A DNA stretch of 64,000 nt, from the NCBI GenBank assembly GCA_965209055.1, contig OZ242374.1, positions 2,304,001 to 2,368,000 of the forward strand. Direction: 5' to 3'. Below are positions 38,463-48,795 of this stretch, one piece after another. The position numbers were made by a program, and so were the translations under genes. The notes beneath the pieces were generated by a model. The model was not told the origin of the DNA. It saw only the letters and a list, made by a program, of their open reading frames with translations, and made no database searches. This stretch comes from Acidobacteriota bacterium (lineage in GTDB: Bacteria > Acidobacteriota > UBA6911 > RPQK01 > JAJDTT01). Every line of letters starts with the position of its first letter. Within the stretch, counting starts at the first letter, position 1.

Positions 38463-39491
38463 TCAGACCGGCCAATACGGGTTCAGGACGGGACGGATCT
38501 GATCCATATAGGGCCCTGAATTGGGACTGGATTCCAGTTCGGGACCCGCTTCCGGCGGATCCAGGCCGGCGGCCACCGTCGTCTCCACCGACGCCGCCAG
38601 GGCCTTCAGGTTGTAGCCCCCTTCCAGCACGTAGAGAATCTTGCCGCCGCAGATTTTCGCTGCCGCACGGTTCAGGTCCACCGCCATCCCGGCATAGCCC
38701 CGCTCATTCAACAGCATGCCGGCCAGGGGATCATCCCGGTGGGCGTCGAATCCCGCTGAGACCAGGATCAACCCGGGTTCGTAGCTGGCCAGGATGGGCA
38801 GCACCATGCCGGCCAGCAGGGAGGAATAGAAGCCGTTGGTCTGACCGGCGGGAATTGGGAAATTGACCGTCATCCCCTTGCCCTTTCCCACGCCCACTTC
38901 GGTGTAGTAGCCGGTTCCCGGGTAAAGCGGGTGCTGGTGCAGGGAGACGTACAGGACGTCGTCCCGGTGGTAGAAGGCGGCCTGGGTGCCATTGCCGTGG
39001 TGGACGTCGAAGTCGACGATGGCCACGCGCCGAACCAGGCCCTGGTCCAAGGCCCACTGGGCGCCCACGGCCACGTTGTTGAAGAGGCAGAAACCCATGG
39101 CCTTCCCCGGTTCGGCGTGGTGGCCGGGCGGCCTGATGGCCGCGAACCCGGAGTCGAGGTCTCCTCGAAAGAGAAGGTCGATCATTCGAATGACGCTCCC
39201 CGCTGCCAACAGCGCCACGTCGTGCGAGGCTCCGCCCGAATAGGTGTCCCAGTCCAGGGGATGGAGCGGCTGAAGCCGCGTTCCCCGGATGTGGGCCAAA
39301 TGATCTCGTGTGTGGACCCGAAGTATGGCTTCCTCGGCGGCCGGAGCGGGGGACACCTTCACCAGCCGTTTGAACGACGCCTGGGCGGACAGTCCCTCTG
39401 AGATGGCTCGCAACCGGTCCGGACGCTCGGGATGTTCAGGTGGGACCCGGTGTTCGAGGAAGACCGGATCCAGAACCAGGCCGTAACGCAT
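38463..39491 (-). CDS. Histone deacetylase family amidohydrolase
   Basis: HPERPDR, RPPGHHA, GFCLFNN, DFDVHHGNGTQ, SAGFDAH..DPL, LEGGY. Confidence 0.93.
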   Translation of the reverse strand: MRYGLVLDPVFLEHRVPPEHPERPDRLRAISEGLSAQASFKRLVKVSPAPAAEEAILRVHTRDHLAHIRGTRLQPLHPLDWDTYSGGASHDVALLAAGSVIRMIDLLFRGDLDSGFAAIRPPGHHAEPGKAMGFCLFNNVAVGAQWALDQGLVRRVAIVDFDVHHGNGTQAAFYHRDDVLYVSLHQHPLYPGTGYYTEVGVGKGKGMTVNFPIPAGQTNGFYSSLLAGMVLPILASYEPGLILVSAGFDAHRDDPLAGMLLNERGYAGMAVDLNRAAAKICGGKILYVLEGGYNLKALAASVETTVAAGLDPPEAGPELESSPNSGPYMDQIRPVLNPYWPV

Positions 39492-40165
39492 CAGACCCCC
39501 TTTGCCTCGGCTCCCCAGAAGATCTTGTGCAGTTGCACCTGGATGCGGACGGGCAGTCCGTCCTCCAGGATCCAACCGGCCAGCCGGGCCGCGTCCATGC
39601 GGTTCCATTCCGGCGAAAACAGAACCAGGTGCCTCCTGGTCAGCTCCAGTTCCAGGGTCTTTTGCTTGGCCCACTCAAAGTCGCGCCGCGATGAAATCAC
39701 GAACTTGATTTCATCGTGCGGTCTCAGGTGATTCAGGTTCTCCCACCGATTTCTTCCCTCCATGAGGCTGTCCGGACACTTGATGTCGTAAATCAGGACC
39801 GCTCTGGGATCCACCGGACGGATGTCCAGGCTGCCCCCGGTCTCGATCAGGACCCGCTTGCCCGCGTCCAGCAAGCTGCTGATGAGAGTGTGCGCCAGAG
39901 GGTGAAGCAGAGGCTCTCCTCCCGTAATCTCCACCAGGTCGGTGGGATACCGGTCCAATCGGGTTGTGATCTCCGCCAGGGGCATGGGGACGCCCCCCTC
40001 GAAGGCGTACTCGGTATCGCAATAGCTGCACCTGAGGTTGCAACCGGTCAGCCGCACGAAGGCGCAGGGCTGTCCGCTGTAGCTGGACTCTCCCTGGATG
40101 CTGAAGAAGATCTCGGTGACGGGGAGAGTCTTGGACAATCGGTCCGGTGCGGCGGTGCTCGTCAT
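39491..40165 (-). CDS. queE: 7-carboxy-7-deazaguanine synthase (radical SAM)
   Basis: EIFFSIQGES, FVRLTGCNLRCSYCDT, ITGGEP, QLHK. Confidence 0.9.
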   Translation of the reverse strand: MTSTAAPDRLSKTLPVTEIFFSIQGESSYSGQPCAFVRLTGCNLRCSYCDTEYAFEGGVPMPLAEITTRLDRYPTDLVEITGGEPLLHPLAHTLISSLLDAGKRVLIETGGSLDIRPVDPRAVLIYDIKCPDSLMEGRNRWENLNHLRPHDEIKFVISSRRDFEWAKQKTLELELTRRHLVLFSPEWNRMDAARLAGWILEDGLPVRIQVQLHKIFWGAEAKGV

Positions 40166-40318
40166 TGGTGGCGCCCGTAGTATACCTGGGAAGAAGAGGC
40201 GAGAGGAAAAGAGGATACGGGAAGAAGAGAACGGGAGAAGGCTCGGACGGGCTCGTGCAGTGACGGATTTCACCTCCGGCTGCTAGAATCGAATGAAAGA
40301 GGTCAAGGAGACACCGAG

Positions 40319-42076
40319 ATGAAATGGACTGGCCGGGTGGCCGTCGGCATGGTAGCGGTCGCGGCGTTTTCGTACGTTTATCCCCGGGTCGCCCGGGAAA
40401 TTCGGGACGAATACGTTCAACGCTTCGAGAACAAGGCGGTCTTTCTCAAGGTCCCGGTTCGGGGACTGCAGCAGGTGATCCATGTCCTGGATACCGGCGC
40501 CAAGCTGGACCGGGGGAACCTGAACCAGCCGGTGAGCTTTAAGGTCGGGGATCAGGTCCGGATCATCGACGTGAATTTCAGGGACAGAACCGTCCGGTTC
40601 CGGTTCTCATCGGTGGGCACGAACCGTGAGGGTTCGTTGGAATTCCGGTTTCCCGCCTCGACTCAACAGACCTTTCCCCAGAGAGAGAACTTCGAAAAAA
40701 GCTTGGCGAGCAGCCTGACCGAAGGACTTTCCTACAAGGAATTGGAATCCGCCAAGGGAGAGTTCATCCGGGGACAGGTCAAGACTCTGGTCCGCGAATT
40801 CGCCACCACCACCAACACTTCGGATGAGGTGGTGCTGCGGACCATCGTGGAGGACAGCCCTCAGTACCAGGAACTGGAGCGGGAATTTTCTCAGCTCCAG
40901 AAGGAACACCGGAGCCTCGATCGGAACGCGTCCCGTTTGGGACAGGCCAGCCGGGAGCAACGCGCGCAGATCACGGAAATGACGGTCGAACTCGACCGTC
41001 TCAGAACCCAGGTCCGAGAGCTGGAGCGGGACAAGACGCAGTCGGCCAGGACCCGCCGATCTCTGGAAGAGCAGTTGAAGGACACCCAGGTCAAGATGAG
41101 CGGGCTCTTGAGCAGCCTGAACGTCGAAGAGGCCTCGAACGCCGAGCTGGACAACAGGATGCAGTCGTTGAGTGAGGGCATCGAGTCGGCACGCCGGAAG
41201 CGGGAGGAGCTCTCGGAGGAGTTGGCGCAGGCCCGCGCCGACCTGAACGAGCGGGAAGCGGCCAATACGAGGCTCACCGCCGATCTGAAGAAGGTCCAGG
41301 GCCGCAACCGGCGGCTCTCCACGGAACTCCGGAGTCTGACCTCCAACAAGGACAGCATTCAAGCCCAGTTTCTCAAGGCCAAACGGCAGAGCGACGCCAT
41401 GGAGATGGCCTCACGCCTGAGTGCCGGCTTGCGGCTGGAGCGATCGGTCCAGGAGCGGGACGGTCAGCCGTTGGATATTGCCGACCTCTATCTGCTTTCC
41501 AAGCGGGTCGGCCGGCTCCAGATCGAGACTCCGGAACACCCGGGACAGATCTGCCGGGTGAAGTTCCTATTGGAGTCTCCGGACCTGGTGGAATTCCAGG
41601 AGGAAGAGCGGGTCCTGTTTGATTCCCTCGGTGGCACTTTCAAGGTTGAGCCCTCCTGGACCTTCGACAGCGACCGGCTGAGGGCGGTTCTCATGGAGGG
41701 GGAGGCGGCCCGGGAGGCCAAGCCCCGGGAGGAGATCGAGTGGGCCTGGATCCTGGACGGTGAAATCCTGGAACCGGAGCGGGCTCAGTTGCGGGTTGAG
41801 TTCGTCAACTCGGACGACCAGAAAATCTCTCTGGATCCCCATGAGTTCTACTTGACGCCGCCGGGCCTCATGTCCTACCTGACCCGGAGCTTTTCTCCCA
41901 TCTCCCTGGGGGCGGGGGTGTTCGTGGGTCTGGTTTTCGCCGGGATTGCCGGGGTCTTTCGGAGACGGTCTTCTCGCCGGCCTCCCAGAACTTCCAGGCA
42001 TTCCAAGCGCAAGACGACTCCTCCACCGGATGCGGAAGAGCCGGATCGCGAATACGTGATCCAGAAGAAGCTCTAG
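40319..42076 (+). CDS. Hypothetical coiled-coil protein with N- and C-terminal membrane segments
   Basis: SD AAGGAG; N-terminal hydrophobic stretch; long E/Q/R/L heptad region; C-terminal TM followed by a basic tail. Confidence 0.75.
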   Translation: MKWTGRVAVGMVAVAAFSYVYPRVAREIRDEYVQRFENKAVFLKVPVRGLQQVIHVLDTGAKLDRGNLNQPVSFKVGDQVRIIDVNFRDRTVRFRFSSVGTNREGSLEFRFPASTQQTFPQRENFEKSLASSLTEGLSYKELESAKGEFIRGQVKTLVREFATTTNTSDEVVLRTIVEDSPQYQELEREFSQLQKEHRSLDRNASRLGQASREQRAQITEMTVELDRLRTQVRELERDKTQSARTRRSLEEQLKDTQVKMSGLLSSLNVEEASNAELDNRMQSLSEGIESARRKREELSEELAQARADLNEREAANTRLTADLKKVQGRNRRLSTELRSLTSNKDSIQAQFLKAKRQSDAMEMASRLSAGLRLERSVQERDGQPLDIADLYLLSKRVGRLQIETPEHPGQICRVKFLLESPDLVEFQEEERVLFDSLGGTFKVEPSWTFDSDRLRAVLMEGEAAREAKPREEIEWAWILDGEILEPERAQLRVEFVNSDDQKISLDPHEFYLTPPGLMSYLTRSFSPISLGAGVFVGLVFAGIAGVFRRRSSRRPPRTSRHSKRKTTPPPDAEEPDREYVIQKKL

Positions 42077-42087
42077 TCCGGCGCACT

Positions 42088-42741
42088 ATGGTCAACCGAA
42101 AGGAAGCCCGCCGCGTCTTTGAAATCATCCGTCTCTTGGAGCAGGAGTACGGCGAGGCCACCTGCGCACTCCATCACGACGGTGCGTACCAGCTCCTGGT
42201 GGCCACCATTCTTTCCGCCCAGTGCACGGACGCCCGGGTGAACATGGTGACCCCGGCCCTCTTTCGCCGATACCCGGACGCCCGTGCAATGGCAGAGGCG
42301 GATCTGGACGAGCTCCAGGAGATCATTCGGAGCACGGGTTTCTTCCGCAACAAGTCCAAGAGCCTTCACGGGTCCGCCACGAAGCTGGTCGACGAGTTCG
42401 ATGGAGAAGTCCCATCCAACATGCGGGACCTTCTGAAGCTGCCCGGAGTGGCCCGCAAGACGGCCAACGTGGTGTTGGGAACCGCTTACGGCATCGCCTC
42501 AGGGGTGGTGGTGGATACCCACGTGGGCCGTCTCTCAAGGCGTTTGGGGCTGACCCACCAGAAGACGCCGGTAAAGGTGGAGAAGGACCTGATGGACATG
42601 ATCCCCCGCGACGAGTGGATCAATTTCGCGCATCGGCTGATCCACCATGGGAGGCGTGTCTGTCAGGCTCGGCGTCCCCGTTGCGAAGAGTGCGCGTTCG
42701 CCGACCTCTGCCCGAGAGTCGGAGTGACTGCCCCGAAATAA
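42088..42741 (+). CDS. nth: Endonuclease III
   Basis: LVATILSAQCTD, LPGVARKTANVV, VDTHV, C-x6-C-x2-C-x5-C. Confidence 0.96.
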   Translation: MVNRKEARRVFEIIRLLEQEYGEATCALHHDGAYQLLVATILSAQCTDARVNMVTPALFRRYPDARAMAEADLDELQEIIRSTGFFRNKSKSLHGSATKLVDEFDGEVPSNMRDLLKLPGVARKTANVVLGTAYGIASGVVVDTHVGRLSRRLGLTHQKTPVKVEKDLMDMIPRDEWINFAHRLIHHGRRVCQARRPRCEECAFADLCPRVGVTAPK

Positions 42742-42789
42742 GAGAGCATGAGGTGTGTTCCTCCTCAACTCTTCGACTATCGTTTCCCA

Positions 42790-43590
42790 TCAGTTCCCCA
42801 ATGCATGGAAATGTCCCAGTGGTCCGCTCCCTGTTCCCAGGCGTAGCGAATGGCGGATCGCCTCCGTGACGTAGTCCTTGGCGCGGCGAACCGATTCCTC
42901 CAGTCCGCTTCCCCTGGCCAGATGCGCGGCGATGGCGGAAGCGAAGGTGCAACCGCTGCCGTGGGTGTCCCGGGAGGAGAGACGAGGCCCCTTCAACCGG
43001 ACCCGGCCGGTGCCGGTGAAAAGCAAGTCGGTCGAGCTCTCCGGGTCCCGGAAGTGGCCCCCCTTGATGACGACGGCTCGGGGGCCCATGTCCAGCAGCA
43101 GGCGAGCCGCTTGGACGGCGTCTTCCTCGGAGCGGATCTCTCGTCCGGTCAGCAGCTCCGACTCGTGCCGGTTGGGAGTGAGGACCAGGGTGAGGGGAAA
43201 GAGGAGGGATTTCATCCGTGAAACGGCTTCCCCGCCGGCCAGCGCATGGCCGTATCCGCTCCGGATGACCGGGTCCACCACGATCCGCTCCAGGCGATGG
43301 AATCGGATCCTGTCCGACACCGCTTCCACGGCCTCGGGGGAGGGGATCATCCCGGTCTTGACGGAATCGACTCCCGGGTCCCCGACGGCGGCATCGATCT
43401 GGCGGGCGACATGGTCGGGAGGAAGGGGGAGAATCTCATGCACCCGGCGGGTGTCCTGCACCGTGGACGCCGTGATGGCGCTCATCCCGTGCACTCCCAG
43501 CGCCGCGAAGGTCTTCAGATCGGCCTGGATTCCGGCACAGCCGCCGCTGTCGGAGCCGGCGACCGTGAGTGCGCAGGGAATCGACCTCAC
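42790..43590 (-). CDS. thiD: Hydroxymethylpyrimidine/phosphomethylpyrimidine kinase
   Basis: [48 protein letters not shown]; GTG start overlaps the upstream stop. Confidence 0.93.
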   Translation of the reverse strand: MRSIPCALTVAGSDSGGCAGIQADLKTFAALGVHGMSAITASTVQDTRRVHEILPLPPDHVARQIDAAVGDPGVDSVKTGMIPSPEAVEAVSDRIRFHRLERIVVDPVIRSGYGHALAGGEAVSRMKSLLFPLTLVLTPNRHESELLTGREIRSEEDAVQAARLLLDMGPRAVVIKGGHFRDPESSTDLLFTGTGRVRLKGPRLSSRDTHGSGCTFASAIAAHLARGSGLEESVRRAKDYVTEAIRHSLRLGTGSGPLGHFHALGN

Positions 43591-44798
43591 CGGGGCCGGT
43601 TCCCGGATCGCCCCCTGCCGCTGCGCAGCCGCAAGAGCCGGCGCCGGGCCTCGGCCAACACGTCCATGGTCTTGCAGTAGGCGAAGCGGATGAGTCGTTT
43701 TCCCTGCTGCCTGCCGGGGCGGTAGAAGCTGCTGCCGGGGACGGCCGCGACCCCGTAGTCCCGGACCAGCTCGGCGGCGAAGGCCACGTCGTCCTTGTCG
43801 GTCACCTGGGAGATGTCCGCCATGATGTAGTAGGCTCCGGCCGGTTTCCAGACCCGGAAACCCAACTGGACCAGCGCCTCCATGAGGAAGTCCCGGCGTT
43901 CGAGATAGTCTCGGGCCAACTGGTCGTAGTAGCCGGATTCCATCGCCAGAGCCGTGACTCCCGCCTCCTGCAGCGGCGCCGGGGAACCGACCGTCAGGAA
44001 GTCGTGCATCTTCCGGATGGCTCCGGCGAGGTGGCCCGGTGCGATGGTGTATCCGACGCGCCACCCGGTCACGCTGAAGGTCTTGGAGAGGGCGCTGATG
44101 GTCACGGTCCGCTCTCTCATTCCCGGAAGCAGCGCGATGGGCTGGTGGACGTGTCCATCATAAAGGATGTGTTCGTAGATCTCGTCGGTGAACACGTAGA
44201 AGTCGTAGCGGACCGCCAGCTCGGCGATCCGATTCAGCTCGTCGCTGTTGAAGACCTTTCCCGACGGGTTGTTGGGCGAGTTGAGGATGAGGGCCCGCAG
44301 CCGGCCCCGGTCGCAGGCTTCGCGGATGGTTCGTTCCAGCACGTCGAAGTCCAGAGCCCAGTCCGATTCCGACTCCAGGGAAACATAAATGGGAGTCGCT
44401 CCGGCGATGATGGAATCGGGACCGTAGTTTTCGTAGAAGGGTTCGAACACCACGACCTGTTCGCCCGGATTGACCAGGGCCAGCATGGTGGAAATCATGC
44501 ACTCGGTGGAACCGCAGGCGACCGTCACCTCCACGTCGGGATCGACGTCCCAGCCGTAGACGCGGCGGTACTTTTCGGCCACGGCCCGGCGAAAGGACGG
44601 GGCCCCCCAAGTGACGGCGTATTGATTGATGTCCTCCTGGATCGCCCGGCAAGCGGCATCCTTGACCACCTGAGGTGCGGCAAAATTCGGATAGCCCTGG
44701 GCCAGGTTGATGGCGCCGTGTTCGTATGCCAGACGAGTCATCTCCCGAATCACCGACTCGGTGAATCGGGAGGCCTTCTCACCGATGTATTTGTTCAA
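43587..44798 (-). CDS. PLP-dependent aminotransferase class I/II
   Basis: [37 protein letters not shown]. Confidence 0.92.
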   Translation of the reverse strand: MNKYIGEKASRFTESVIREMTRLAYEHGAINLAQGYPNFAAPQVVKDAACRAIQEDINQYAVTWGAPSFRRAVAEKYRRVYGWDVDPDVEVTVACGSTECMISTMLALVNPGEQVVVFEPFYENYGPDSIIAGATPIYVSLESESDWALDFDVLERTIREACDRGRLRALILNSPNNPSGKVFNSDELNRIAELAVRYDFYVFTDEIYEHILYDGHVHQPIALLPGMRERTVTISALSKTFSVTGWRVGYTIAPGHLAGAIRKMHDFLTVGSPAPLQEAGVTALAMESGYYDQLARDYLERRDFLMEALVQLGFRVWKPAGAYYIMADISQVTDKDDVAFAAELVRDYGVAAVPGSSFYRPGRQQGKRLIRFAYCKTMDVLAEARRRLLRLRSGRGRSGNRPR

Positions 44799-45018
44799 TT
44801 CAACTGCCTCGAATCCGGACCACGCGGTCCCGAAAAGCGCCGCGCTCCGGGGACCTCCCGAAAAGAGTACGCTTGCAATGGTCCGTCCCGCAAGAGCCCG
44901 CCGGGAGCATGCACGAGGATGGGGTCCGCCGCCGCCGAAACTTGACTAAACCTCGCCGGGTTGGCTATGTCATGGGCCGGAAAACGCGTTCGATCGGATG
45001 GGTCTGCGGAGAAATGCC

Positions 45019-46155
45019 ATGAGGAACCTGACGATTCTGGGGGGAGGGAATACCGCATTCGCCGCTGCCGCCAATTTGAGCCTGCGCGGCTTCCAGGTGA
45101 CGATCTGCGAGCACCCCGACTTCGCTTACACGCTCGACCCGGTCCGGAACGGGGGCGGGATCGTGCTGGACGGCGTGGCGGCTCGAGGCCGAGCCCCCAT
45201 TCACGCCCTGACCACCGATTTCCAGGAGGGGTTGCAAAACGACCTGCTCCTGCTCATCGTTCCCGCGTACGCCCACCGCCCCTTCGCCCTGGCCTGCGCT
45301 CCCTACCTGAGAGAGGGCCATACCCTGGTCCTGCTTCCGGGAACGCTGGGGGCCCTGGAGTTCCACGCGCTCTTGCGGGAGGAAGGCGGGGATCCGTCGC
45401 GGATCACGCTGGCCGAGACCGATACGGCGCCCTACGTCTGCCGGAAGCTCACCCCCGACACGGCCCATATCTGGGGAGTCGTCTCCGCGTTGGGTCTCGG
45501 CGTGCTCCCGGCGTCGCAAACGGGCCGGACCAGGGACCTGCTGCGGTCCATTTTCACTGTCGACGGTTTGGGTGAGCCGGACGGGGAGGACAACTCGGCC
45601 GTCTCCTGCTACGGAAACGTTTTCGAGTGCGGTCTGAGCGCCATGAACCCCGTGGTTCACCCTCCCGGAGTCCTCATGAACGCCGGCCGGGTGGAGTATT
45701 CCAGAGGAGATTTCTACTTCTACGAAGAGGGCGTCACGCCGGGCGTGTGCAATGCCATTTACGGCGTCGACCGGGAACGCCGGCAGGTGGGCCGGGCACT
45801 CGGCTTCGAGCTTTCGGTCGTGGACGAGGCCTTTTTCCTCGCCGGTTTCGGTCCCCGGGGCGACCTCTGGAGCACCATCAACGGCAGCCGCATGCTGACC
45901 CAGTTGAGGGCTCCCGGCGAACTGAACACCCGCTGGCTGACCGAGGACGTGCCCTATGGACTGGGAGCATGGAGCTCTCTGGGCCGGCACCTCGGTGTGG
46001 CGACCCCACTCATGGATGGATTGGTGGCGCTCGCGTCAGCGGCGCTGGGTGAGGATTTCAGGGCCTCCAGCCGGACCGTCCGGCGGCTGGGAATCGCCGG
46101 GATGGGACGGGACCAGTTGCTCCGCTTCGCGGAAACCGGGGAGATGCCGGGATGA
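45019..46155 (+). CDS. NAD/NADP opine (octopine/nopaline) dehydrogenase family protein
   Basis: ILGGGN Rossmann motif, PG..G, AET.T.PY..R, MNPVVHPP..LMN, FY.EG.T, RWLTEDVPYGL. Confidence 0.88.
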   Translation: MRNLTILGGGNTAFAAAANLSLRGFQVTICEHPDFAYTLDPVRNGGGIVLDGVAARGRAPIHALTTDFQEGLQNDLLLLIVPAYAHRPFALACAPYLREGHTLVLLPGTLGALEFHALLREEGGDPSRITLAETDTAPYVCRKLTPDTAHIWGVVSALGLGVLPASQTGRTRDLLRSIFTVDGLGEPDGEDNSAVSCYGNVFECGLSAMNPVVHPPGVLMNAGRVEYSRGDFYFYEEGVTPGVCNAIYGVDRERRQVGRALGFELSVVDEAFFLAGFGPRGDLWSTINGSRMLTQLRAPGELNTRWLTEDVPYGLGAWSSLGRHLGVATPLMDGLVALASAALGEDFRASSRTVRRLGIAGMGRDQLLRFAETGEMPG

Positions 46156-47198
46156 GAGCGTGCCGGATCGCCGAGTCCAGCGTCGGCGGGATCAAGAGCC
46201 TGGTCCTGGAGAACGGGCACCTGGAGGTGGTCGTCCTGGTGGGGAAGGGGACGGACATCTTCTCCTTTCGCCACCGCGCCAGCGGTACGGACTTTCTTTG
46301 GAAGGCTCCTTGGGGGGTGCGAGATCCCGCCACCACCATCCAGGACACGGCCAACCCGGCTTCTTCCTTCCTCGACTACTACTTCGGAGGCTGGCAGGAG
46401 CTCTTTCCCAACGCCGGGGCCGCCTGCACCTATCGGGGTGCCGAGCTGGGAGTTCACGGCGAGGCCTGCAAGGTGCCCTGGACCTGGCGGATCGTGGAGG
46501 AAACCTCTCGCAGGATCTCGGTCCAATTCCGGACCCGCATGGTGCGGACTCCGTTTTTGCTGGAAAAGCGGCTGACCCTGGAGGCCGGCCGGGCCACGCT
46601 CCTGATCGAGGAGACGGTGACGAACGAGGGTGCGGACGCCGCCGATTTCATCTGGGGCCACCATCCGGCCCTGGGGGCTCCCTTCTTGAGCGAACATTGC
46701 CGCCTTTTTACGCCGGCGCGGGTGGTGGAGACGGATGACTCCAACCTCTTCCTGGCCCCCGGGCGGCGTTTCGAGTCCTATCCCATGGTCGAGACAGTGG
46801 ACGGGGAGCCGTTCGACGTCTCCCGGATCCCGCCCCCGGCGGCGCGGGTCACCATGCAGAGCTTCCTGCGGGAGTTCTCGGAGGGTTGGTACGCCCTGGT
46901 CAACCAGGAGAGCGGACTCGGGTTCGCCATGTCCTGGGACCGGGAGGTGTTCCCCTGCCTCTGGCTCTGGGAGGAGCTGTGCGGCTCCGCCGACTATCCA
47001 TGGTGGGGACGATGTTACGTGGCCGGGATCGAGCCCAACACCACGCCGGCGGGCGGAGGTCTGGCCGAGGCGGTGCAAAACGGGACCCAACACCGTTTGC
47101 CGCCGGGAAAATCGCGCCACTCCGTTCTGTGCGCCACGGCGTTCGAGGTCCAGGGAGAACCGCGGCGCGTCGACCCCGAGGGCCGGATCGAGTATTGA
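46152..47198 (+). CDS. Aldose 1-epimerase/galactose mutarotase-like protein (DUF4432-like)
   Basis: GGWQELFPN, GVHGE, WGHHP, FP.LW.W, GIEP; ATGA overlap with the upstream gene. Confidence 0.8.
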   Translation: MRACRIAESSVGGIKSLVLENGHLEVVVLVGKGTDIFSFRHRASGTDFLWKAPWGVRDPATTIQDTANPASSFLDYYFGGWQELFPNAGAACTYRGAELGVHGEACKVPWTWRIVEETSRRISVQFRTRMVRTPFLLEKRLTLEAGRATLLIEETVTNEGADAADFIWGHHPALGAPFLSEHCRLFTPARVVETDDSNLFLAPGRRFESYPMVETVDGEPFDVSRIPPPAARVTMQSFLREFSEGWYALVNQESGLGFAMSWDREVFPCLWLWEELCGSADYPWWGRCYVAGIEPNTTPAGGGLAEAVQNGTQHRLPPGKSRHSVLCATAFEVQGEPRRVDPEGRIEY

Positions 47199-47252
47199 AC
47201 CTGAGGCCGCCGCCCTGGAGGCCGGCATCAAGGCGCAACTAGGGAGGATCTG

Positions 47253-48779
47253 ATGCAGAGCAGAACCGGGTTTCCCCTGCTGGCCGGCATATTCTTGTTT
47301 CTGGCCGGCTCGACCGAGGTTTCAGGCAGCGAAGTGCGGCACCTCGGCGGACGGCTGCAACTGTTTCTGGATGACTGGCTCGTCGAGTCTGCCGACGACG
47401 TTCGCCGTGTGCTCCACCGTCCCGAGCGCCGCGAGGCGGCGATTCGGGTCGACCGGCCCTGGGAAGACATCTACATGTACAACCCGGTGGTCATCAAGGA
47501 CGGGCATCGCTACCGCATGTGGTACCGCGCCAAATACCTGGCAAGGCCCTTTCTGACCGCATACGCGGAGAGCCTGGACGGGATCCATTGGGTGAAGCCC
47601 AATTTGGGACTCATCGAATTCGACGGCTCCCGCAACAACAACATCATCTGGCCCATTGCCGGGGCGGACGGGAGGTCGTTCTCCGTTTTCAAGGACGAAA
47701 ACCCCGATGCCCGGGCCGATGCGCGGTACAAGGCCATCACCAATCTGAACGAGATCACCGAGTCGGGGAAACGGCGGGCGGTGATCTACGGACTTGGCTC
47801 TCCCGACGGCTTGCAATGGCGGCATCTCCACAAGGAGCCCATGGTGAAGGCCCTGGTGGAAGATCCCCAGTTTGATTCCCACAACATCGCCCTCTGGGAC
47901 TCGGTGCGCCGACACTACGCCATCTACGCGCGGGGCTGGTACCGGAAGGGCTTGCCTCCCCCGGGATCGGACCGGGTTGGCCGCACTGCGCACACGGTGA
48001 CCATGAAGCTTCCATCGGGAGAGACGAGGGAAATGACCCATATCCGGGACATTCGCCGTTACGTCTCCAAGGACTTCTCGAATTGGTCGCCACAGGAGTA
48101 CATCGGATTGGGCGGAGCGCCGTTGGAGCACCTCTACAAGAACTCCGCGACTCCCTACTACCGGGACCCCGGCCTCCTGCTCATGTTCCCGAAGCGGTTT
48201 CTTCCCACGCGAAAAGCCGATCCGGACTGGGAACACGTCGGTCTTTCCGACATCGTCTTCATGTTCAGCCGGGACGGCCTGAACTTCGACCGCCGATACA
48301 TGGAGGCTTTTCTCCGTCCGGGCCGGGACCCGTTGGCCTGGCACGAACGTTCCATCCACGTGGGCACCGGCCTGGTCCCCACCGGAGAACGGGAAATGTC
48401 CCTCTATTTCATCGAGCACGGCAAGACAGCTCGGATGTCCATCCGGCGGGGAGTGTTGAGAGTGGACGGCCTGGCATCGTTGCGGGCGCCCTTTTCGGGA
48501 GGGACGGTCCTGACCCGTCCCCTGACCTTCTCCGGTTCCCGCCTGGTGCTCAACTACTCCACCTCGGCCGCCGGCCAAATCCGGGTTGAGGTCCAGGACG
48601 AAACGGGGGCGCCGTTGCCGGGATTCGGGATGGAGGACTGTCCCGAGATCTACGGAGACGAGATCGAACGGGTCGTCGCCTGGCGGACCGGTTCCGACCT
48701 GACCTCCTTGGCGGGGCGCACCGTGCGCCTCAGGATCGAGATGAAAGACGCCGACCTGTTCTCCCTGCGGTTCCGGTAG
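47253..48779 (+). CDS. Secreted glycoside hydrolase-like beta-propeller protein
   Basis: Signal peptide; QLFLDD, YRMWY, YAES.DGIHW.KP, SPDG..W, FDSHN, SRDG..F, R.DG.ASL, C-terminal beta-sandwich. Confidence 0.7.
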   Translation: MQSRTGFPLLAGIFLFLAGSTEVSGSEVRHLGGRLQLFLDDWLVESADDVRRVLHRPERREAAIRVDRPWEDIYMYNPVVIKDGHRYRMWYRAKYLARPFLTAYAESLDGIHWVKPNLGLIEFDGSRNNNIIWPIAGADGRSFSVFKDENPDARADARYKAITNLNEITESGKRRAVIYGLGSPDGLQWRHLHKEPMVKALVEDPQFDSHNIALWDSVRRHYAIYARGWYRKGLPPPGSDRVGRTAHTVTMKLPSGETREMTHIRDIRRYVSKDFSNWSPQEYIGLGGAPLEHLYKNSATPYYRDPGLLLMFPKRFLPTRKADPDWEHVGLSDIVFMFSRDGLNFDRRYMEAFLRPGRDPLAWHERSIHVGTGLVPTGEREMSLYFIEHGKTARMSIRRGVLRVDGLASLRAPFSGGTVLTRPLTFSGSRLVLNYSTSAAGQIRVEVQDETGAPLPGFGMEDCPEIYGDEIERVVAWRTGSDLTSLAGRTVRLRIEMKDADLFSLRFR

Positions 48780-48795
48780 GCGAAAGGAGTCCTCA

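Noticed and set aside
40188-40241. Purine-rich tract with GGGAAGAAGAG twice in the queE divergent intergenic region
   Set aside because: Only two short copies, no evident structure, and no preQ1 riboswitch pattern recognised
44799-45018. TPP riboswitch upstream of the aminotransferase-thiD operon
   Set aside because: No CUGAGA core or TPP architecture on the minus strand
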